57,176 nucleotides of DNA from positions 1 to 57,176 of the IMG/VR virus record IMGVR_UViG_3300043446_003411; one strand, written 5' to 3'. The position numbers and the translations under genes were made by a program. This stretch comes from a virus (taxonomy: Duplodnaviria; Caudoviricetes). This document shows, piece after piece, positions 34,763 through 42,399 of the stretch. The number at the start of each line of letters is the position of its first letter. Within the stretch, counting starts at the first letter, position 1. The notes below the pieces were generated by a model. That model saw only the letters and a list, made by a program, of their open reading frames with translations, had not been told where the DNA came from and did no database searches.

Positions 34763-36700
34763 ATGACACAAGGTCATAACCTGCCAACAGACTACCAAAG
34801 ATTCATTCATATTAGCCGATACGCTAGATGGGTAGACTCCCTCGGTAGAAGAGAGACATGGGAGGAAACTGTTGATAGATATTTTGACTTCATCGAATCC
34901 AATCTTGCCAAAAAGAATGATTATAAATTGTCTGCAGAACTCAAGAAGGAGTTGCGTTCTGCAGTTCTAGACCTTGACATCATGCCGAGCATGAGAGCAC
35001 TTATGACTGCTGGTCCTGCGCTTGAGCGTGACAACATCGCTGGATATAACTGTTCGTATATTCCGATCAACAGTGTTCGTTCTTTTGACGAAATCCTGTA
35101 CATCCTTATGTGCGGCACCGGTGTTGGCTTCAGTGTAGAGAGACAGTTCGTCAGCGAACTGCCCGTCGTCAATGAGCATTTTGAGAACTCCCCGACCACC
35201 ATCATCGTTGAGGATTCAAAGGCTGGCTGGGCAAGAGCGCTGCGAGAACTGATCGCCATGCTTTACGCAGGCCATGTCCCCTCTTGGGATGTCAGCAAGG
35301 TTCGCCCTGCTGGTGCTCGGCTCAAGACTTTCGGCGGTCGTGCATCTGGGCCCGGTCCTCTTGAGGATCTTTTCCGTTTCTCAATCCGCACATTTCAAAA
35401 TGCCGCTGGCCGTAAACTGACAAGTCTTGAATGCCATGACCTTGTTTGCAAGATCGCAGATATCGTTGTTGTTGGTGGTGTTCGTCGTTCTGCTCTTATC
35501 TCCCTTTCCAATCTTACCGATGATCGTATGCGTCACGCTAAATCCGGCGCTTGGTGGGAGGATAATGTTCAACGCGCTCTCGCCAACAATTCTGTTTGTT
35601 ATACAGAGAAGCCGGAGATGAGTTCCTTCATGGAAGAGTGGCTATCTCTTTATCAGTCGAAGAGCGGTGAGCGCGGAATCTTCAATAGGGACTCAGCCAA
35701 GAAGCACGTTGCTCGCAACGGTAGGCGTGATGTCGAATGGGACTTCGGAACGAATCCTTGCTCTGAGATCATTCTACGCCCGTATCAGTTCTGCAATCTG
35801 ACCGAGGTTGTGGTTCGCGCTGAGGATACGCCGAAGGACATTGAACGCAAGATTCGTCTGGCCACGATCCTTGGGACCTTCCAAGCGACCATGACCGACT
35901 TCAAGTACCTTCGCAAAATCTGGAAGGACAACACAGAAGAAGAGCGCCTGCTGGGTGTTTCTTTGACCGGCATTCTGGACAATAAGTTCATGGCGAATCG
36001 ATCCAGTTCGTTGTCAGACGCTCTGGTTGGCTTCCGTGAAATGGCTGTCAAGACCAATGCTGAATTCGCCAAGAAACTCGGAATCAATCAGTCCGCCTCA
36101 ATCACATGCATCAAACCCAGCGGAACTGTTTCGCAGTTGGTTGACTCTGCGTCGGGCATTCATGCTCGTCATTCTGAATATTACATTCGTCGCGTTCGTG
36201 GAGACAAGAAGGATCCTCTTACTCAGTTCATGATTGACGCTGGCATTCCTTGTGAAGACGATGTGACGAATTCTGAGAATATTGCAGTGTTTTCTTTCCC
36301 GATGAAGTCTCCAAAGGGTGCCGTGCTTCGTGATGATATGAGCGCTCTTGAGCAGTTGGAACTGTGGAAAACGTATCAATTGGAATACACAGAGCACAAG
36401 CCTAGTATCACGGTTTCTGTCAAAGAGCACGAATGGATGGCGGTCGGTTCTTGGGTGTGGGACAACTTTGATTATGTGAGTGGCGTTTCGTTCCTGCCAC
36501 ATTCTGAGCACACCTATCGTCAGGCTCCTTACGAAGACATCGACAAGGACACCTACGAGAAGATGTTGTCGGAAATGCCCTCGACAATCGATTGGTCTCT
36601 TCTCGCCGACTACGAGCAGGAGGACAATACCGATGGTGTTCAGACGCTTGCCTGCTCGAATGGCGCTTGTGAGATCGTTGATGTTGGCATTTCGTCCTAG
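34763..36700 (+). CDS. nrdJ: class II (adenosylcobalamin) ribonucleotide reductase
   Basis: YNCSY, GTNPCSEI, KPSGT, C-terminal ACSNGACE; no beta subunit in the window. Confidence 0.93.
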   Translation: MTQGHNLPTDYQRFIHISRYARWVDSLGRRETWEETVDRYFDFIESNLAKKNDYKLSAELKKELRSAVLDLDIMPSMRALMTAGPALERDNIAGYNCSYIPINSVRSFDEILYILMCGTGVGFSVERQFVSELPVVNEHFENSPTTIIVEDSKAGWARALRELIAMLYAGHVPSWDVSKVRPAGARLKTFGGRASGPGPLEDLFRFSIRTFQNAAGRKLTSLECHDLVCKIADIVVVGGVRRSALISLSNLTDDRMRHAKSGAWWEDNVQRALANNSVCYTEKPEMSSFMEEWLSLYQSKSGERGIFNRDSAKKHVARNGRRDVEWDFGTNPCSEIILRPYQFCNLTEVVVRAEDTPKDIERKIRLATILGTFQATMTDFKYLRKIWKDNTEEERLLGVSLTGILDNKFMANRSSSLSDALVGFREMAVKTNAEFAKKLGINQSASITCIKPSGTVSQLVDSASGIHARHSEYYIRRVRGDKKDPLTQFMIDAGIPCEDDVTNSENIAVFSFPMKSPKGAVLRDDMSALEQLELWKTYQLEYTEHKPSITVSVKEHEWMAVGSWVWDNFDYVSGVSFLPHSEHTYRQAPYEDIDKDTYEKMLSEMPSTIDWSLLADYEQEDNTDGVQTLACSNGACEIVDVGISS

Positions 36701-36704
36701 TCTG

Positions 36705-36713
36705 TGTTAAAAT
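36705..36713 (+). promoter_or_regulatory. extended -10 promoter TGtTAAAAT
   Basis: Matches the TGnTAnnnT family; precedes the structured RNA. Confidence 0.55.
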
Positions 36714-36719
36714 CAAATC

Positions 36720-36820
36720 AAGCGATTTCCGTGCAACGGGGTGATGGCCGCACGGGGCCATGTCCGGTCAGAGTTTCCTCCTTTCGCTGATCGGGCTTGC
36801 GTTGTTCAGGCACCCCGTCT
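36720..36820 (+). ncRNA. unassigned structured RNA/leader with anti-SD loop
   Basis: Three helices plus a possible pseudoknot; loop AGTTTCCTCCTTTCG. Confidence 0.6.
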
Positions 36821-36824
36821 AAAA

Positions 36825-37535
36825 ATGTTTGACGAATATCTAACATCATATGGAGAGGGTTGGGTATTCGTTCTCCTTGTCGGTGCTCTCCTTGGGCTTC
36901 GTCATGCCACAGACCCTGATCATCTCTCGGCTCTACTAACTCTGCGGCTGAGGAAGAAGCAGAAGTCTCCGCATATGCTCGGGGCTTCATGGGGCTTGGG
37001 TCACGCCGTATCCATGATTGTTGTTGGCATACCTTTGATTTTCTTTTTCGGAGAACTTCCGGAGGATCTCCAGAGAGGTCTTGAGTTCGCTGTTGGCGTC
37101 ATGATCGCTGTTCTTGCGGCGAGAGTTTTGTGGGGCCTGATAACAATCAAAATAGATGATCACCCCCATGTCCATCATGATGGTCTTGAACATTCGCATC
37201 CCCATACGCACACAGGCTCCGGACACTCTCATCGCTCAAATCGATCTGCGGCATTCATAGGTCTTCTCCATGGGGCCGGTGGTAGCGCGGGCGTCGTTGC
37301 ACTTATTCTTAGCCGAATGCCCAATCACTGGATGGCTTCTATCGCTCTTGTGGTCGTATCGGTTTTTAGCGGTCTCTCTATGGCCCTCTGCTCATGGGTT
37401 CTTTGTCGTGGTCTTGACGCATCCGAAAGAATTGTCAACGTAAACCGAATGATCTTTATCGGATCAACATGTGCATTTTTGTTTGGAATATGGTATGCTT
37501 GCGCCGCATTTGAACTTGTCCCCTACCCCCTATAG
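36825..37535 (+). CDS. nickel/cobalt permease (NiCoT/UreH-like)
   Basis: RHATDPDH signature, His-rich loop, GLLHGAGGSA, about 6 TM helices. Confidence 0.85.
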   Translation: MFDEYLTSYGEGWVFVLLVGALLGLRHATDPDHLSALLTLRLRKKQKSPHMLGASWGLGHAVSMIVVGIPLIFFFGELPEDLQRGLEFAVGVMIAVLAARVLWGLITIKIDDHPHVHHDGLEHSHPHTHTGSGHSHRSNRSAAFIGLLHGAGGSAGVVALILSRMPNHWMASIALVVVSVFSGLSMALCSWVLCRGLDASERIVNVNRMIFIGSTCAFLFGIWYACAAFELVPYPL

Positions 37536-37547
37536 AAAGGAAAAGAA

Positions 37548-37799
37548 ATGGACATCAATAAATCCCTCCTACAACAGGCTGTCCTGAGAGCGGTTCGCTC
37601 ATTCATTCAGGCCTTCCTCGTTGTCTACCCCGGTCAGGCCCTGATCAACTGGGCGATGGGCACAGGAGAACTCGATACGAACCTCCTCCGTGCAGCCGCG
37701 ATCTCCGGCGGTGTCGCCGTTCTCTCGTTCCTCTGGAGATACCTCCTCGATCCTAGCCGCGTTCCCTCAATGGTTGACGCGCCGACTGACACTCACTAA
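37548..37799 (+). CDS. holin
   Basis: Two TM segments; RAVRSFIQAF (r1t-like); precedes the endolysin; AAGGA SD. Confidence 0.7.
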   Translation: MDINKSLLQQAVLRAVRSFIQAFLVVYPGQALINWAMGTGELDTNLLRAAAISGGVAVLSFLWRYLLDPSRVPSMVDAPTDTH

Positions 37800-37801
37800 A
37801 T

Positions 37802-38575
37802 ATGAAAACAATCAATCTCACCTCACCTCTCACCAAGGGTCCTGAAGTCAAGAAACTTCAGAGCCTGCTCAAGAAGAATCCTTACGGCTCTTTCTACAGA
37901 GACAAGGTCGATGGAGTCTTCGGCACATACACCGCGAACTCTGTCAAGTCAGCGAAGTACTGGCTCGGCTACCCGGAGAACGAGATCAAGGCTTTTGCTG
38001 GCGACCCGCTATCTGAGTACCTTGACGGCACGAGAGAATTGCCGATGCTTTATAAGGCTCGTCGCAAGAGCCGCCTTAAGAAGTATTCACAGAACCCTTC
38101 GCTTCGTCTTCGTGAGGGCGCACTCGCAAGTGCCATTCCGTTCATTGGCGTCAAGGAGTCTCCCGCTGGCTCCAACATCGTGATGTTCTCTCAGTGGTAT
38201 GGACTCATTGGTGCATGGTGCGCGATGTTTGTCACATACAACTACACTCAGGCGGGCAGCAAGGCGTTTGATAAGAACGCGGAGCGCTGGGCGTATTGTC
38301 CCTTCCTACTCGCCGACGCTCGTGCTGGTCGCAACTGGGTCAAGGAAGTCTCAATAGAGAATGTTCAGCCCGGTGATGTTGTTCTATATGATTGGGATAA
38401 GGATAGTCTTGCTGATCATGTCGGTATCTTCGAGGCATGGACAGATAAAAAGAAGACAAAATTTACAGCAATTGAAGGTAATACGAGCGCTACTGATAAT
38501 AGTAACGGCGGAGAGGTGGCTCGTCAGTCACGCACAAAGTCGAACGTTATCGCTTTCGTTCGTGTCCTGAAGTAA
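37802..38575 (+). CDS. endolysin (PG-binding + CHAP domain)
   Basis: VKKLQ..L..DGVFG..T; WCAMFV...DHVGI...IEGNT. Confidence 0.9.
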   Translation: MKTINLTSPLTKGPEVKKLQSLLKKNPYGSFYRDKVDGVFGTYTANSVKSAKYWLGYPENEIKAFAGDPLSEYLDGTRELPMLYKARRKSRLKKYSQNPSLRLREGALASAIPFIGVKESPAGSNIVMFSQWYGLIGAWCAMFVTYNYTQAGSKAFDKNAERWAYCPFLLADARAGRNWVKEVSIENVQPGDVVLYDWDKDSLADHVGIFEAWTDKKKTKFTAIEGNTSATDNSNGGEVARQSRTKSNVIAFVRVLK

Positions 38576-38598
38576 TCTGACCCAAACTTCGGAGTGGG

Positions 38599-38631
38599 AA
38601 AGGGGTCGCCTTGTGCGGCCCCTTTTCTTTT
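38599..38631 (+). terminator. intrinsic terminator
   Basis: AAAGGGGTCGC/GCGGCCCCTTT stem plus T tract. Confidence 0.85.
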
Positions 38632-38639
38632 GATAGACT
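38631..38639 (+). promoter_or_regulatory. extended -10 promoter TGaTAGACT
   Basis: Predicted +1 (about 38646) coincides with the closing helix of the downstream RNA. Confidence 0.55.
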
Positions 38640-38644
38640 CTTCA

Positions 38645-38734
38645 TGCGGGTTGACCAATGATCCGGTCATTTGCAGACTAGGCCACGACAGGCCACATCC
38701 TAGGAACGCACTGCACGTCCCTAGTTTGACCGCA
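38645..38734 (+). ncRNA. unassigned ~90-nt structured RNA upstream of tRNA-Gln
   Basis: TGCGG/CCGCA, TGACC/GGTCA and CAGACTAGG/CCTAGTTTG helices. Confidence 0.55.
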
Positions 38735-38738
38735 ACAG

Positions 38739-38809
38739 TGGGGGATCGTCTAAAGGCAGGACAACGGGTTTTGGTCCCGTGAATTGGGGTTCGAATCCCT
38801 GTCCCCCAG
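38739..38809 (+). tRNA. tRNA-Gln(TTG)
   Basis: TGGGGGA/TCCCCCA acceptor, ACGGG-TTTTGGT-CCCGT, GTTCGAATCC. Confidence 0.93.
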
Positions 38810-38810
38810 T

Positions 38811-39539
38811 ATGAGTAAAAAGAAAATCAAGTTCATCTCTAAGGACGCTATTTACGGTAGAGCGTTCACGCCCCCCGGCCCTGCTTCTAAAGACATACCC
38901 AAGTGGTATAAAGAAGAAGAAAGATATATGGGCGGGGAGAAGAGATGGCATAACGACGGCTATCACGCTAGATTCAATCATTCAGTTAAAGCCTGCCCAG
39001 CAGTATACGACTCGATCACGGCTGGCTATGTGTTTTATCTTGATGCGGATGTTCATATTGAAAAGAGTCCCGAAGGCGTTATCAATGTCTCACAGGCAAT
39101 TGATGACGACTATAGACTCGTTTCATTTCATGACATAAAACAGATCAGTAAATTTAATTTTGATAGAGAGTATTGGGACGATACGGTTATTTTTAAGTTT
39201 ATGACCGGATGGAGAATAGAGGTGCCCAAGGGGTACTCATGTCTTTACATGCATCCCATGTGGAGAGAAGAGACACCGTTTAAGATTCTTCCCGGCATAA
39301 TTGATCAAGACAGTTATGGGTTTGTCGCAAACTTTTTCTTCTTTATTAAAAGAGGGTTTGAGGGAACAATACCCAGTGGAACTCCTATTGGCCAAGTCAT
39401 TCCATTCAAAAGAGATGAATGGAGACATGAGGTCGAGTTGGGAACTAGAGAAGACTGGCAGACGATTTACATGAGCGTTAACCGAGAAATTGAAAACGGC
39501 CACAAGAAGAAGAACTATTCCAAAAAGAGATGGCTATGA
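38811..39539 (+). CDS. DUF6065-like protein
   Basis: IPKWYK..VKACPA..D....GY...W.I..P.GYS..PG.ID.D..GTPI.Q.IPFKR; paralogue of 47400..48113. Confidence 0.7.
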   Translation: MSKKKIKFISKDAIYGRAFTPPGPASKDIPKWYKEEERYMGGEKRWHNDGYHARFNHSVKACPAVYDSITAGYVFYLDADVHIEKSPEGVINVSQAIDDDYRLVSFHDIKQISKFNFDREYWDDTVIFKFMTGWRIEVPKGYSCLYMHPMWREETPFKILPGIIDQDSYGFVANFFFFIKRGFEGTIPSGTPIGQVIPFKRDEWRHEVELGTREDWQTIYMSVNREIENGHKKKNYSKKRWL

Positions 39540-40252
39540 ACATCGCGGCAATACCGGTTAAGAACAAGATTGAGTGGACTGCCCCTCTTGTAGAGCATTT
39601 GCTTCTGCACGATGATCTAGACCAGATCTGGATATACGATAACGGCAGTACGGATATAACTCGTGAATGGGTAGAGAACCGCAAAAACATTGACCAGAGA
39701 ATTACGATTTTTGATGTTCCGGATATGAAGATCTACGATATGTGGAACGATATGATTCTTATTGCCGCCGAAGAGTATAAGACTTCTAATCTTGCAATTC
39801 TGAACAACGATATTAGACTGCCGCCCTACGCCATTAGAGATATGTCTTTAATGATGCGCAAAGAGGACTATCAGATTGCCGCTGTGGATCCGACCAGAAC
39901 CGGACTGTACACCTTCTCAATTGGCTGGTGGGACCTGTCGCGAGCCCTGCCTCATCCAATTCAACCGTATTGCGAAAGGCTGCATATTGGAGACAGGATT
40001 GGCTGGGCCTTCGTTGTTGCGGCAGAGTTCTGGAAGAATGAGAAGTACGCGATTCATCCGGACTATATTCATTATTTTGGCGATGATGATCTCTATCGCA
40101 GAGCGATGCATCGCGGTGGTAATGCCTGCATTGTGCGTGGCATTGGATGCGATCATGCGGAATCAACCACTGGTGGAATCGACGGCGATCTTTGGAAGCA
40201 CGATGAGGATATCTATATGAGGTTGTGGGATGGCACATCAAGCGCAATTTGA
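39530..40252 (+). CDS. glycosyltransferase family 2
   Basis: IPV, YDNGSTD, LNNDI, YFGDDD. Confidence 0.85.
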   Translation: MAMNIAAIPVKNKIEWTAPLVEHLLLHDDLDQIWIYDNGSTDITREWVENRKNIDQRITIFDVPDMKIYDMWNDMILIAAEEYKTSNLAILNNDIRLPPYAIRDMSLMMRKEDYQIAAVDPTRTGLYTFSIGWWDLSRALPHPIQPYCERLHIGDRIGWAFVVAAEFWKNEKYAIHPDYIHYFGDDDLYRRAMHRGGNACIVRGIGCDHAESTTGGIDGDLWKHDEDIYMRLWDGTSSAI

Positions 40253-40760
40253 TTTTGTTCACTCAGTCAAGAACCGCTATCCAGATATGTTCGGTGGTCG
40301 AACGAAAGTTCTAGAGGTCGGTAGTCTCAACATCAACGGGACTATCCGCAATCTTTTTTCAACATCGTTTTATATCGGAATTGATCTTGAACTGGGCCCC
40401 GGAGTAGATTTGGCAGCGCCCGGTCATACAGTTCTTTTTGCTGACCGATTCTTTGATCTCTCAATCAGTTGCGAATGTTTTGAACATAATCCATACTGGG
40501 TTGAGACATTTTTGAATATGGTGAGAATGACAGACAAAATGGTCGTCTTTACCTGCGCAACAACAGACAGGCCGGAGCACGGAACGACGAGAACAAGCGA
40601 AGCCGAGTCCCCGTTCACAACAGGCATATGGGACTATTATCAGAACCTCACAGAAGATGATTTCAAAGAGTACATAGAACTAGAAAAGCATTTCGCTTTT
40701 TATGAATTCACTTCTAATGAAACAGCACACGATCTATATTTCTGGGGAATCAGAAAATGA
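40230..40760 (+). CDS. class I SAM-dependent methyltransferase
   Basis: VLEVGS.NING, GID...GPGVD, ECFEH. Confidence 0.85.
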   Translation: MAHQAQFDFVHSVKNRYPDMFGGRTKVLEVGSLNINGTIRNLFSTSFYIGIDLELGPGVDLAAPGHTVLFADRFFDLSISCECFEHNPYWVETFLNMVRMTDKMVVFTCATTDRPEHGTTRTSEAESPFTTGIWDYYQNLTEDDFKEYIELEKHFAFYEFTSNETAHDLYFWGIRK

Positions 40761-41458
40761 AAGCGTCTATTGTTATACCCACATACGACAGCGTCCATCT
40801 AATCGAAGACTGTCTTCGGTCACTGTTGGAGCGTGTTGACGCAGAGGTAATTGTTGTTGACAACGGATCCAGAGAATACTCTACAAAAGTATTTAATGAT
40901 CAAATCATTTATCTGCGCTTCTGTGAAAACCTTGGTTTCTCTCGGGCTTGCAACATGGGCGCAAAAGTATCTTCCGGCGACATAATCATTTTTCTCAACA
41001 ATGATACGATTATCAGCAATGACTTTGTCACGCCGATCCTTAATGTTTTTGCTCATGATGACGCCGGCATTGTCGGCAGCAAATTGCTTTATGAGAACGG
41101 CGACATTCAGCATGCCGGAATTGATTTTGAGATCAGAGACGGGAACCTTGAGGGGCGAAACATTCACGAGGATATGCCGTTCGGTGAAGTGGCCGCTGTT
41201 ACAGGCGCATGTCTTGCAATCAAGAGAGACCTGTTCTTTTCTCTGAATGGTTTTGATGAGGCGTACTGGGTCGGAAACGAAGACAGCGATCTCTGCTTCA
41301 GAGCGCGAGAAGCCGGAGAGAAGGTTGTCTATCAGCCCCTGTCAGTCCTTACTCATCTTGAGAGTTGTTCGGGATCGGCTCGCTGGGTGGCCGTCACAGA
41401 GAACGTGCGGATCCTGACTGAGCGTTGGGCGAACAAGCCAGAGGTGTGGATGCTATGA
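40757..41458 (+). CDS. glycosyltransferase family 2
   Basis: SIVIP, VVDNGS, LNND, VTGAC, GFDE, EDSDLC. Confidence 0.9.
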   Translation: MKASIVIPTYDSVHLIEDCLRSLLERVDAEVIVVDNGSREYSTKVFNDQIIYLRFCENLGFSRACNMGAKVSSGDIIIFLNNDTIISNDFVTPILNVFAHDDAGIVGSKLLYENGDIQHAGIDFEIRDGNLEGRNIHEDMPFGEVAAVTGACLAIKRDLFFSLNGFDEAYWVGNEDSDLCFRAREAGEKVVYQPLSVLTHLESCSGSARWVAVTENVRILTERWANKPEVWML

Positions 41459-41499
41459 TGAATCGTCCCCGCCCGCGAGGCGCATTTTTATAAAGACAG

Positions 41500-41582
<83 letters not shown>

Positions 41583-41583
41583 A

Positions 41584-41668
41584 GGATGGTTGGCCGAGTG
41601 GTTGAAGGCACCAGTCTTGAAAACTGGCAAGAGTAACATCTTCGGGGGTTCGAATCCCTCACCATCCG
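41584..41668 (+). tRNA. tRNA-Ser(TGA)
   Basis: CCAGT-CTTGAAA-ACTGG; long variable arm. Confidence 0.93.
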
Positions 41669-41670
41669 TT

Positions 41671-41757
41671 GGAGCGGTGGCCGAGTGGCTTAAGGTACCT
41701 CCCTGCTAAGGAGGCGTGTGGGAAACTGCACCGTTGGTTCGAATCCAACCCGTTCCG
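41671..41757 (+). tRNA. tRNA-Ser(GCT)
   Basis: CCTCC-CTGCTAA-GGAGG; long variable arm. Confidence 0.93.
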
Positions 41758-41766
41758 TGATATAAT
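41758..41766 (+). promoter_or_regulatory. extended -10 promoter TGaTATAAT
   Basis: Consensus match inside the tRNA cluster. Confidence 0.6.
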
Positions 41767-41785
41767 GAATTCGGCACTGCTGCCA

Positions 41786-41857
41786 TGGTCGGTAGTTCAA
41801 CGGCAGAACCCCGCACTGTTAATGCGGTTGTTGCAGGTTCGAATCCTGCCCGACCAG
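41786..41857 (+). tRNA. tRNA-Asn(GTT)
   Basis: CCGCA-CTGTTAA-TGCGG. Confidence 0.92.
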
Positions 41858-41859
41858 TC

Positions 41860-41933
41860 GCCGGGCTAACTCAGTTGGCCAGAGTGCCTCCCTTGTAAGG
41901 AGGAAGTCGTCGGTTCGAATCCGACGCCCGGCT
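41860..41933 (+). tRNA. tRNA-Thr(TGT)
   Basis: CCTCC-CTTGTAA-GGAGG. Confidence 0.93.
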
Positions 41934-41934
41934 C

Positions 41935-41943
41935 TGCTATAAT
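41935..41943 (+). promoter_or_regulatory. extended -10 promoter TGcTATAAT, leaderless
   Basis: 6 nt before ATG at 41950. Confidence 0.7.
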
Positions 41944-41949
41944 TTGATC

Positions 41950-42399
41950 ATGAAGGAGGATGACCTGATTGATCTTGCGCATCGAATAGCGCAGCGTTCT
42001 CCGGTCCGCCGATTTCAGACTGGCGCGGTCATTGAGAAGAACGGAGTCATTCTATCCACCGGTTGGAGCCATGCCTCTGATCGTAATATGGCATGCTATC
42101 GATCCATGCATGCGGAACTTCACGCGATATCTAGATGTGATGTGAGGGATACCGTCGGATCTACAATAGCCATTGTGACCCTATCTAGGAAATCCGGCAA
42201 CCGTACCGACGGTACCCCCTGTCTTTTCTGTCTACGGAACATTCAAAAATTCGGCATAGAGAAGATCATATGCACAACCACAGGTGGCGGATCCAAAGTC
42301 ATTTACGCAGATCTTCTGGACATGTCAAAGATATCCGATAAAATGGACATGTCCGCGAAAAAGAAATATGTTGGCCACATCCTCTCATATGCGAGTTGA
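41950..42399 (+). CDS. zinc-dependent cytidine/dCMP deaminase family protein
   Basis: HAE...PCxxC. Confidence 0.85.
   Translation: MKEDDLIDLAHRIAQRSPVRRFQTGAVIEKNGVILSTGWSHASDRNMACYRSMHAELHAISRCDVRDTVGSTIAIVTLSRKSGNRTDGTPCLFCLRNIQKFGIEKIICTTTGGGSKVIYADLLDMSKISDKMDMSAKKKYVGHILSYAS

Noticed and set aside
19632-36700. Inteins or introns in terL, dnaE, recA, dnaB or nrdJ
   Set aside because: Lengths are ordinary, frames are continuous, and no intein splice motifs were noticed
36701-36824. Cobalamin or NiCo riboswitch
   Set aside because: No B12 box (GCCACTG) or GGGAA core, and no NiCo four-way consensus that I can recognise
38645-38734. SRP RNA, tmRNA or tRNA identity
   Set aside because: CAGG is present but the GNRA loop/AGCAG of SRP helix 8 is not; no T loop or CCA end
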